A stretch of DNA of 64,000 nucleotides from Auanema rhodensis (lineage: Eukaryota > Animalia > Nematoda), in the NCBI GenBank assembly GCA_964057225.1, contig OZ059896.1, positions 13,702,001 to 13,766,000 on the forward strand, read 5' to 3'. The notes beneath the pieces were generated by a model. That model did not search any database, was not told where the DNA came from, and worked only from the letters and a program-made list of their open reading frames with translations. Positions 52,107-64,000 of the stretch are shown here, one piece after another (the first letter of the stretch is position 1; each line of letters begins with the position of its first letter). The position numbers were made by a program, and so were the translations under genes.

Positions 52107-55100
52107 ATGGCTCCTCGTGAAAAAACCACAGCATCAACAAAAGGAAAACCAGTCGTAAAAACTTCTACACAAGCAAAAAGTATGGTTTTGTTGTAAACTT
52201 TTTGAAAGATATTTTTCATGCTTTTTTTATTTTAACATATATATTAATTTTGAACTTTGGGTAGAGCAAAGTTTTGAACATTCGTACTCACTTTATCAAA
52301 AACAGAGCAAACAAATATTAAATATTTGAAAAATAATGAATTTTGCGTCATTTTATCTGCAAAGATGAGCAGTTGCAGGTCGGTTGTCGTCTAGGAAACG
52401 AAAGCAAACTACTTTATTTCAACTAGTCAATCCTGCAAGTATTGTTCAACCTAAAAAAAGAAAATTAGCCGCCAAAAATATTTCCCCACCTGTACAAAAA
52501 GGAGCCCAAAAAGTTGGTTTTTTGAACAATCAATTAATATTAAATATATAATAGAAGATAAAAAACTCTAAAGTCAAAGTGGGAAAAACTGAAAAAAGAA
52601 AGAAACTTGATAATAAAGTACAGAAAGGACGCGTGGAAAAACAAGGGAAAACAAAGGAACCAAAGGTAAGCTTCTTAAAATAACTTCTTAATTTATTATA
52701 ACAATATGGGTCTTTTAATCGATATAAATAACCACAATATCAATATGCAAATATGCAAACTTATTGATCAAAATATTGCTCTATAGATCAAATCAGTTCC
52801 TAAGAAAGGAAATGAAAAATTACTTAGACGTGATGGAATTAAACAATACAATGTAAGCTTTTTTAAGTATTTAATTATGCATATGGATATATACTTAGAC
52901 AAACCCATTCTTTGATAAACCAAATGAGGACTATATTAGTAATCAAAATCAACATAGACTTCTAATTGCTGATATTCTCAGGAACAAGACAACTCGATTA
53001 CATAATGCAATTAGCAATAATAGGTTTGGCATGGATTTTGAACTGTTTACGAGTCTTTCTTTATCAGCATTGCACATCATGACCTAACCAGAAACATATC
53101 CTACGATGTCAAAATGAACATTACCAAGGCCATACTTTTCTCAGGAGACAAAAAATTGTGCTCTAAGCATTTTGCATCTAAGAGTAACTTAGATCAGAGA
53201 AAATATCGAGGTGTCGAAGTCAATCTGCTCAAGCAAGTATAGTTATTTTATTAAAACGGTTATATAATCGGATAAAATGTCTAGAAATCGTCAGGGGTGT
53301 CAAATTTTTATATGCTTGGTCGACATACAAGACAGGTTGAGATGACAAGAGGTTACAACTGTATTAATTTTCATACAAAAATGTTCTCTTTAGGTGGAAG
53401 AGAAGGAAATAATGCTTTTCTCAATTTTGAAGGAGGAAGTGAATCAAAACATGCAATCTGGGTCGAATTAGTTGAAAGGAATACCAAGTATTCAGACCTT
53501 TCCTACTTTTCATCCTTTACAAACTCACGTAATAAAACATTTTTGTTCAAAACAATATACTATCAAATTCAGCCTTTTCTAAAAATTATTTAAACTCAAG
53601 TGTTGTAAATGCCGTCCGTATGGGACACAAAGAACTGGCGGCTGCAATAGCTAAAGCTGAAGCTAAAGACAACTTAAATGATTTACATCGTTATACTTTA
53701 ACGTAAGTTGTTGTTCACCTACTCTTTCTTACTATTCCGTACAGAGGCCTCAATGCTCCAGACCGAATTCTTCCTGTTTCCGTAGTTAAAAAAGGCTTCA
53801 ACAATGCTAATATCACGCCTGTGCACACAGCTGCCATTAACGGCGACACTAAAGTTTGTTTGAGCAAACATCATATTAACGATTTCAAGTTGTAGATTTT
53901 GGACAGACTGAGTCAAGTTGATCCTAATCTTAATGTTCCTGATAAGGATAACTGGTAAATATTTCGCCGTTACATAGTTCTTCAATCTAAAATAATTAGG
54001 TATACAATCCATTATGCAGCGGTTTGTGAAACTCCGGCTCCTTTGAAATATATGTTGAAAATGGGAACTCTAGTTAATCTTTACACAAAAGAACAACAAA
54101 GCCCCCTACATTGTGCTGCTAAGGCAGGCAGGGCAGAGAATATCAAGGTATATGCTGACTATATGGAATAATCATTTCAACTATTTTCAAGGTTTTGACA
54201 AAATATATTTGTGACAATGAAGGGGACATCAAGAGTGAAAAATCTCTGGTCAATGCTCGGACTAGAAAAGGACACACTGCTCTACTTATTGCTGTATATC
54301 ACAACAGGTTAATTTCGGATGTGCCTGGCTCTTGTTTGAAATCTTCTTTTAGAATTGGTGCAGTCCAAGCGTTGCTGGATTGTCCTTCTGTATTGCCTGA
54401 CCACCCTTCATCTGCAGGTTCGCACAAAAGAACTCCACTCATGGTAGAATTTATATATTATTATTATAAATAACAAATAACTAATTTGATAGTTGGCATG
54501 TGCTATGGGATACAAAGATATTGTTGAATTACTTATTTCTAAAAATGCACTCGCTGAAGCTAAAGATCAGAAGAAAAGAACTCCTTTAATGCATGCAGCT
54601 ATTAATGGGCAGCAACACATTATAGCTTATTTATTACAACTTGGTGTTGATATTAGAAAGGTATTAAGTTCGTTATATAATAGCTTAAATAATAGCTGCA
54701 TAGACTGATTCCTCCGGGAACTCTGCTGCTCACTACGCCGCTGCATACGGTTGGACGGAATGCCTTTTCCAATTGACTCAGGTTTGATTGAAACGAACTT
54801 AGTCGATATATGTATAAGTCTAAAAAGTATAGATTGATCCAACTGTTTTGACCATGCTAAATGATTGGAAACTCAGTCCGTTTTCTGTTGCATATTTGAA
54901 AGGTACCATCTCTAGCTATTATACTGTTCACTCGTTCATTATCAGGTCATTATCGTCTTGTTTCCGCTCTGCTTGAAGATAAATATAAAAACCATATTGA
55001 TATAAATGGCAAAGATTCTGAAGGTGTGACGTTGTTGGCATCTATTTTAAGATTTACCGACCTGAGTTCGACTGATTCTTTATATAATCAGTTAGAATTC

Positions 55101-58100
55101 TTGATAAGCAAGTAAGAACTGACGTATTATCAGTGTCTCTATAACTGAAATTCAGAGGAGCTGATTGCACTCAACATGATAGCATGGGAAATACAATCTT
55201 ACATGATTTTGTTAGATTAAATTTCTCAATTAAGGATACAAATAATGCAAACAGCTTAGGAATCACAGTTAAAGAATTTAAAAAAATATTTGATTTAATA
55301 TTGTCGAATGGAGCAAAGGTTACTGTGCGAAATGAGAAAGGTTATATTTCATTTTATCGTATAATATCTATGCTTTTCTAGGTTTTACTCCGATTCACGA
55401 AGCAGTCAAGGCTGGCAATGTTCGAACTCTACTATACTTAGCTGACCACGTAAATGATTTCAATGAAAGTTTCTTGAATAAATGGTGTTTATAACCGTAA
55501 ACATTCATTTTGAACAAAATCATTTAGGTCTTGCAATTGTAATTTCTTCCATGACTTATTTGAAATGCCTATAACTGCTTTTGAAAGGGATTTGGCAAGA
55601 AGTGATTATTCATTCAAGCCAGAATATAACGATGTTCTCCCATTCCTTAAAACATGCATAACATTTGTGGTAGTAGTGTTTTCTTATAATTTGACTCTTT
55701 ATTACTTTATAGAGTTCATCCGGCCGATCTATTACGGATTATTTGAAAGAACAGAATAAGTTTGGTCTTACTCCAGTTGTGAACGCTATGTGCAAATTGA
55801 GTAAAATGAATTTAACTTCCGGAAGCGATAAAAACATAAAGGTTTGCGTTATGAAATAAAAAACTATTTTGTTAACATATGAACAATGTTTTCAGGCTTT
55901 CCGTAGATATATGAATAAGTTGTTCAAAGAAGCGATAAAACTCTATCCCGGTTGTTTAACGGAAACGTTGACCTTTACTGAAAACAAAGAGAGCCGCAGC
56001 GTTGTAGGAACAGCTCTTTTTATCGGATTGCTAGACGATTTTGAGTTGTTCTCAGTAGTTTTGGGAACAGCTGGTGAGATAGGATTGATGATGTATAGCC
56101 TTTTTCAGCGATTCTTCAAAATAAACTTTATGTTCAGAGATGTATTCGATTTTAAATTGGGAGAAAAATCCTTAATGATTAGATGTATTGAAACAAGCCA
56201 GAAAGCCGTAGAAATTGCTTTGACACATTCAAATACATATAACTGTATAGAAGGAGTTCACAATGATATTTTAATTAATACCACAGAAGATGAAGGTATA
56301 TAAGTAAATGTTTGGACATTTTAAATCATTTATTGCAGAGGTGAAAACTGTCAATAGAACTGTTCTCATGCTGCTACTTGAGAAGCAATATTTTAACCAA
56401 ATCAATATGCTGGTTTTAAAGCCTGAGGACTGGGCTGCTCTTGATGCTGGTTGTTTATTTTGAAGTGTTAAATTTAATTTAAATCTTTTTTAAGATGGAA
56501 ACAGTGTCTGGCATTATGCTGCATCTTCTAGCCATCCACAAACCATTTCAGTTTTCAAAGAGTTAGAAAAGCATAATATTAAACCGACCATTAACAATCT
56601 TGGTCAAACTCATCTCCATAAATCCATATTAGCTTGCAATAAAGGTACAAACAGTTTTCTCGATCCCTTGGAATGGCTCGCAGCAAAAGCAGATAAGTCT
56701 GTTGCTGACAAAGTGAGATAGAATAAGACATTTTAATTTAAGACATTTTATTTTTTTAATTTTTGCAGAAAGGATGTACGGCTCTTCATTATGCATTTGC
56801 ATCTCCAGACCAGATGGATGATCTCACTAGTCTATCCACAACTAAACGCGATCCTATAGCTGTCGTTTCTGTTTTTACAACAAACGCTTCTTCAGATTTT
56901 GTAATTTTTCAAAATTGCTCAATTACTTTATGTGCATATATAGGTGAATGCTGCTGATCTTAATGGAAATACTGCGCTTCATCTCGCTGCTTGTTTGGAT
57001 TCGAATATTAGTGCTATGTCTCTAATAAAGAAAGGAGCCAACGTTGATATAAAGAATAAAGTTTATATAACATCTTTACATTTATAATAATTTTCTTTTT
57101 TAGGATGGAAACACTCCACTTGCATTGGCTATTTTATATGCGAACAAATCAGTTGCTTTAACTCTAATTCAAGCAAACGCATGTGTAACCGAAAATGTAA
57201 TGATTTAAGAAATTATTTTGACAATTACTTTATTTACAGGTGTTTATAACCAGCAAAAAAATAAAGGATAATGGAGAATGGTTTTGGAATGGTAGCCGTG
57301 ATACTACGATTGAAGAAACCGGTGTTTCCTTCATCGTTGAGCAAGTAATTAAACAAGATACAAGCTGGGAATCCATGGTATACGTACTACTTGATGCCCA
57401 AGGAAAGGTTTAAGACAATAATATATTCCCATTTTCACTTAATCTTTTGAAGAATATATCTTCGTTCACTCAGTTAGTTAGTTGTTGCCTACGAGAAAAA
57501 CATTTCAACTTGGCTAATCAACTTCTGAAGTCTATTGAAACTCTTTTGGATGGTAAAAAAATTGAAGAAGATTATGATATGCTCACCACGTTTGCTGCTA
57601 ACTATCATGGTAAATCATCCATCACCTTTACAAGATTATTTATCTACCAACCGAACAGGTGTTTTCGAATCTGGCAGTATGGAATTTGTTGCTTTCAATC
57701 GTTTAGTCGATATTGGTTCTCAATTAGTTAAAAAAAATGCTTGTGCACCTTTAGAAATGGCATTGAGGAATAGATCATGGGTTTTGTATAAACATATTAA
57801 GGTTAAATTAGTTGAAATAATAATTCATGCCTCTTCTTTCAGAAATTAATCGGGGAAGACGTCTTCATAAACTTAAAACCTTCTGAAAAGTTTGGTGGAC
57901 CACTGAAGGAAATTTTAATTGCTCTTCAAATACGTATTGATGAGCAATCAACTGCCATTTTTGAAGAAGTTTTAAAAATGAAGCAGATAAGGTGTTATGA
58001 TAAACGTGTGACGCTTGATTAACTTTTGACTTTTAGAACATCAGCATGGCTCTCACTGCCTGTGATGAACACGATGAAACATGAAAATGTAAAAGGACCA

Positions 58101-61032
58101 TTCACTGCCCTCGGATGGGCATGCCTCCATGGTTTCACAGACATTATATGTCTCTTACGAGATCACCAATTTGATTGTAATGCTGGTGACATTCTCGGAA
58201 GAACTCCTTTAATGCTAACAGTTCTAGCAAATCAACTACAGTCCTTAGTGGTGAGATCTATATTTTTGACTCTTCTTGAACATATTTAGGCTCTATGTTG
58301 CGAAAAAACAGTCAAACCTGTTGAAGATAAAAAACAAGAGACAAAAAACACAACTTATTATAATCTCATTTTCTCCAACCGTTCAAGAAAGGCGAAAGAA
58401 AGGCTAAATGATGATAAAAGTGATGATCAAGACAGCGAGTTAGTTCTTTCTTTGAAAAGCAGACAATTTTCAGTTTATTGTTTAGTGAGGATGACGAAGA
58501 ATCAGAGCATGATGAGACTGATATCAGTACCGTTAAAGAGACAAAACCTGATATTGTTCTTCCTGAGTTCTCTAAAAATCTCAAACTGACAAATAAATCA
58601 GTACGTTTCTCGGAGTATGTAGTATTTTAAATTTTGTTTTAAGCTTGACATTAGCGTGGTGGATAAGTTGGAAAGAAACGTTTTCCACTATTTGATTGAG
58701 CCTTTTGGTTGGGAAAACGTTGACATGCTCTTCTTTATTGTGCAAAGCGGTGTTGAGACAGCCAAGAAAATGCTGAAACAAAACAATCAAGTTTTTAATA
58801 TTGAAATTACTAATTATTTATGAAAAATTTTAGTTCGGAGTTAGTCCACTATCACTATGTCGCTCTAAACATCAAAGAGATTTATCTAGAGCGATGTTGC
58901 AAACCCTTGAAACATCTAATTATCGACGGTACATTGAATAATTTTATTATTTCTAGTCATTTGAACCAGGACAAAAAAATATTTTTGTATTTAGATACAC
59001 TGTACCGATCCCAAGTACAGAAGGCCTGAATTGTCCATACACTGTTGATGAAGATTCGAAAAAGTTCATGGATGCTCTCGCATTAAAAGATACTACTGTT
59101 CCCAAAAAAGATCCTGTGCCTCATAAGCTAAGTGATTATTTGGATACTGGTGTGATTGTCAAATGTCCTGAAACAAATCAATTCATGAGCGTTAGTTTAA
59201 TTGCTTTCCTTCGATATGTGAGAATAGAAATTGTAGGTACTAATGAATAAAACTGATATCAGTTATGGAACTTACGGATTCCACAACTTTTATAGAATGG
59301 AATTAATTAAAAGGAAGGATACTGATTTGTTCATTCTATTTACAAACTGGGGCCGAATTGGAACAGGGGATGGGGAATATCAAAAAACCCCGTTCAGTAC
59401 TCTCGAATTAGCGATTAAAGAGTTTAAATCTGTTTTTAAATCCAAGACGGGTGAAGAATGGAAAGCTTTAGAACTGATAGAAGGACGACCAAAGAGATAT
59501 CGTATTGTTAATGTAAACTTTTTATAATAATTTTTATTACATAATATGATATTACAGAAAATAGAGGAGTTGAAAACTTTGGCTGATGTTGAGATCGAAC
59601 CTTATAAATTGCCAAAGAATGAGAAAGATGTAATAAAGAGATTTATTGCAGATATTAGCGATGTCAAAGTTTTGAAGAATTATATATCAAAGGTAGATCC
59701 AGTGAATTCATTTGCTTACAAAATGATTTTAGGATGCTCGTACTCAGCATTTACCATATGGCCGAATTAGCAAAGAAGCTTTGTCTAAGGCTCAAGAAAT
59801 TCTTGAAGAATGTGAAAAACTTAATTTTGAAGCAGAAATGGTAAAAGAGCGAAAAGAGGACACCGAACGAATAACTGATGATTTATTGGTTTTATATGAG
59901 AAGATGGTGATAATACCTTCTTCTAAAACAACAAATTAATATTTTAGAATAATTTGTCAAGCGAATTTTATACGATTGCAAGACCTGGTTCTTATGAATA
60001 TTCTAGTCTTCCAAGATTGGATAGTGTATTTACTTTGTGTTATTGCTAAGATCAATCTATTTCATTTCAGGGCAAAGCTATAAGAGACAGTCGTGATCTA
60101 TTAAATATGATGAATGAAGTAGAAGTTGCTACTAGAATACTAACTGCATCAACATCTCGTCCTGATATAGACAGACTACTGTATAGTTTTCAATAATTAA
60201 TTTACATTATACTTTTTTCATATTTAGCTATGTGAAAGCTGCTATAGAATGTCGTTTCAACGCCTTAACTAATGATGATATGATGTCTCAAAACATTCTC
60301 CGTTGGATTCATCATACATCTGATTCTAACCAACGTCCCAAAATCATTGTTAGTAGGACTTTTTTTTGTTTATTACTTTTTGCTATATTTTAGGGAATAA
60401 TTGCTGTGGAACCTAAAGCATCTTTACAAGCCTTCAATTCTTTTGCATCAGATGATAAACAAATGTAAGTAGTGCTAGACTACACCGGTAAACCTAAATA
60501 TTCCAGGTATCTGTTTCATGGAACTAAAGCTACTAATTTGATACCTATTCTTCATCAAGGCTTACGTACAAATGCTGTTTTTAGTCGTTATAATGGAAGA
60601 CTTTTTGGAAATGTATCCTTTTCCTGCTTAAACAAACTGTACCTTTACAATTATAGGGAGTTTACTTAGCCGACACATTTGAAAAAAGTAGACATTATTG
60701 TTCTCCATCGGGTGAAAACATCAATTACATGCTAGTGTGTCGAACTTCTCTTGGAATGATCTCTAGACAAGACCATGGTTGGGGTTCCAACATTGATGCA
60801 ATGCAAGATTGTCATTCATTACATATCGTAGGAAAGCATGAACCTTCTGGACTTATGAATATTAACGGTAAGATCTCAGATAAATTATTATTTTTACATA
60901 TTCATTTTAGGGGTAAAAATGCCTCTTGGTCCTGTGATTATAAATAAGAAATGTTATCTACCTCATTCGGAATATATCGTGAAACATAGTGAACGTGTTC
61001 TTCCAAGCTATATAATAATGTTTGAAAATTAA
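52107..61032 (+). CDS. tank-1: Ankyrin-repeat, WGR-domain poly(ADP-ribose) polymerase (nematode PME-5/TANK-1 type), roughly 40 exons
   Basis: Lys-rich N-terminus. Many ankyrin repeats (TPVHTAAING, SPLHCAA, RTPLMHAAING, GNTALHLA). WGR domain LFTNWGRIG. PARP catalytic domain with intact H-Y-E (LFHGT, GVYLAD, SEYIV). TAA at 61030-61032. Confidence 0.92.
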
Positions 61033-61123
61033 ATTTATAAATTGAATACTACAATATATACATATAATAATGTAATAAATTTTTTATTTCATTGTAGTTA
61101 AGCTATCCTTCTAACATAGAAGC

Positions 61124-61769
61124 TTACGTAGACGCATTCGACATATTCATCGAAGCTGATTGATTATTATTCTCATCATCTGTATAATTCGAATCTGTGT
61201 CTATATCCTAACAAGGAATTAAATTATAATATTATAATACTTAACCAACACTGTATGGTACTGTTGTGTACCTATTAGAAACATGCGGAGGGGGAGTTAC
61301 AACTGGTGCCGGGGATTTCAATTTAATTTTGATACCATCTTGGGAGCGTAAAGATGGAATACTACTTATATTCGTTGTGCTTTTCGGCGTAGGGAAAGGT
61401 GAAAGATCTGAGTTGATCAGCTCACTAGAAATATTCCGACTTTCAGGTAAGCTTGACTTCTTTGACTGAAAAGACGAAAAAAAATTTAAAAATAACATAA
61501 AGATCAGTTTTAATATATTTTTACCAATTGAGATAGTTGTTTGCTTCGTTCTCCTATAAAATTTTAAAGAAAATACTTAACTTTTGCTCTAACGGGAATA
61601 CACTTACTTCTACTCTTTGCTTTTTTTTTAATTGTATTATCTTTCTTGGGAGATAGGATAATATAAGATATTATCCCCGAAATGACCGTAATTGTCAAAG
61701 CAGTAGCAATTCTTTAATTTTATGAAGATTAACCGTCTCACTGAATCAAACTTACAATTTATAATTCAT
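61124..61769 (-). CDS. Small protein with an N-terminal transmembrane anchor and a Ser/Pro-rich disordered tail, unknown function
   Basis: Spliced model MNYKL|IATALTITVISGIISYIILSPKKDNTIKKKAKSR|RERSKQLSQL|SKKSSLPESR...PYS|DIDTDSNYTDDENNQ...ST*, with short GT-AG introns. Minus-strand AATAAA at 61083-61088. Confidence 0.65.
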
Positions 61770-62165
61770 TAGACTATGTATTCAACCAATTTTCAGTATA
61801 TTTAAAATGAAAATGAAAATTTTCAATCGCAGTTTGGATTGACTGAAATCATTTAACCGGTTGCATGCACTCATGTTTGTTCATAGATACATCAACTTTG
61901 CTATTGATGATGCGTTTTGCTCATAGTTTGTATATTATATCATATAATACAGATCACACCTAAAAGCACAATACTAAATCAATTCTCCCGTTGCAAGCAT
62001 GTCTAAAGCACCCACGCTTTATGTTCTAGTACGTGAACTAAGGGTGTAATTTGTGTATACCGTGGCAATCAAAAGTATACATTGGAGATATGCGCTTGTC
62101 ATGATGTTAACTATATGTTGGCATACTATATCATATAAAATCGATAATTTTAGCATTTCAGGTGT

Positions 62166-64000
62166 ATGGGTGAGAAGAAGAACTTTAAAGATGGACCTAA
62201 ACAACCACGTCCCCCGCAACGGAAATCAGGAGTAGAGAAGGGTAAAGTAATCCTGCTAGCCGCTTGCTTAGCTGTGATCGCAGGAGTAACACAACAAGTT
62301 ATATTTGCAACAAAGTCGTTACCATCAAAATTACCGCCCATCGAAGGTTTACCTGTTGACAAAGTTAGCTATTTTTGCATGTATTTTATTCAAATAGTAT
62401 TTCAGAAATCATGGGGTGCTTATCGAGCTCACACGTATTTTGGATTACGAACGAAAGAAACCCGTTCTCCACTGTTTGGAATGATGTGGAACGAGCAACC
62501 TAATTTTGTTTCCCGACCCAATATACGTCACTGGTGTGACCAAGGCAATTCAATTTTTTATATAACTCTAAATTTAAGCTTGCTTTAGGTGATGGAATAT
62601 CCCGCTACGGCTGGGATTCAGCCGATGGGCGTACATTTGGTATACAAAATATAACAGATAAGACTGCAAAATTGAAAATTGAATGGGTAAATCATTTGGA
62701 TACATGGACAGCAAGAGTTAAACTCGCTCCTATTAAAAAAATCCGGCACACCTTTACTTTCTACTTTGCTTCTCAGGTAGGCTGAAAGTTAATGTTTTCA
62801 ATGAAAGATCATTTTCAGGACTCGAACACAAAGTTCATTCTCGGGAAAGAATTAAATGATATTATAAGAGTTGAAGGTTCTAAATACGGAGGATCTGTTT
62901 TTTCCGTCAGTAGTCCACAAGCTAAAAAAATATTGTATTCTACCCTATTGTGGGATGATGATTTTTCGTTGACCAATTTAAATGAATTATTACTGAGTAA
63001 TACGGTAGTGTTCGCTTATTATGTCTTAATTGTTTCGATACTTAGGGCATTCAAGAAACAACTGATGGAATTGTATATCAATTAAATCCTCAGCGTCATT
63101 TCAAAAATGGACGGTTTGTTGCTATTCAATTCAACGTTCCAGCTGAGGTCTCTTTTGAATTGTCTTTCAGGTTATTTTTTTTCAGAAACAAACTAATAAT
63201 TTGCTTTGATTTAGTTCACGTTCAAATGTTGCTTTGAAATCCAGCAGTTTTGATCAAGAACTAAAGACACGCTTAAGCGATTTCCAAAATAAATTTGAAA
63301 AAACATTTAAAATTCAAAACAAGGTTCTTCATTTCAAAATAATTGATTTATGATAAAAATTGTTTTCTTAGATGTATACCGTAATGGAATTATCTATGGC
63401 TAGAGTAGCTTTATCGAATATGTTAGGTAGTTTAGGATATTGGTTTGGTCACAATAGAGTATGTTATTTATCTTATGGTTTAAGGAAACCAATCCGTTTA
63501 GGTAGCGATAGGTAAAGAGGTTGCAAATTATGGTCCTCACGTCCTATTTTCTGCTGTACCATCTCGTCCGTTCTTCCCTCGTGGCTTTCTTTGGGACGAG
63601 GGATTTCATAATGTTTTAATATCTAAGTTTGATCCCACTTTAACAATTGAGGTTCAAGCGTATATCATTATAGTTTACATACCAGGTTTTAGATTATCTC
63701 TTCTTGGCTAAATATTATGAATGAAGATGGATGGATACCAAGAGAAATGATTTTGGGAGAAGAAAGTGAGGCTAGAGTTAGTGAATTCTTAAATTTTTTC
63801 AAAAGTATTTTACTGTAATAGGTTCCTGCTGAATATATAGTTCAAAGAACAGATAATGCTAACCCTCCAAGTTTATTCTTGGTATTTGACCGTCTTGTAC
63901 AAGATGAAAAGGTTCGTAAAATAAAAAGGCGAAAAGTAATTTTTTTTACAGGTTGTCAAGGAGCATGGAAAGATTTTAGCTAGTATGTATCCTAAGTTAG
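62166..64000 (+). CDS. MOGS: Mannosyl-oligosaccharide glucosidase (ER glucosidase I, GH63), truncated by the window end
   Basis: Type II anchor; motifs [54 protein letters not shown] and [10 protein letters not shown]. Confidence 0.95.

Overview
AT-rich eukaryotic DNA, almost certainly from a nematode: introns of about 45-50 nt, TTTCAG/TTTAG acceptors, trans-splice-like acceptors just before several ATGs, and a tRNA-Phe close to the C. elegans type. The supplied ORF track is mostly exon fragments and microsatellite artefacts, so I assembled gene models by hand and exon boundaries are my own reading. Bases 1-30 kb are gene-poor and rich in (CT)n. They hold the 3' end of an LRAT/PLAAT-family gene, an internally deleted Tc1-like element, a leucokinin-receptor-like GPCR with HEF in place of DRY, tRNA-Phe and a probably GPI-anchored EGF-repeat gene. 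Bases 30-64 kb are compact. They hold an AEX-2-related GPCR, EOGT with an antisense multi-pass membrane gene nested in a 2.5 kb intron, nud-2, SAC3/GANP with an antisense globin nested in a 1 kb intron, a PhzF/PBLD gene, a Ly6 + IGxG-repeat surface protein, an ankyrin-WGR-PARP (PME-5/TANK-1 type), a small orphan membrane-anchored gene and the 5' part of glucosidase I. The strongest leads for something undescribed are (i) related hairpin/ACA-like putative small RNAs at 39.2-40.1 kb and 46.35 kb, (ii) the Ly6-IGxG protein expanding by whole exon+intron duplication, (iii) two nested antisense genes with the same geometry, and (iv) several GC-AG introns. None of these is confirmed without searches or transcript data.
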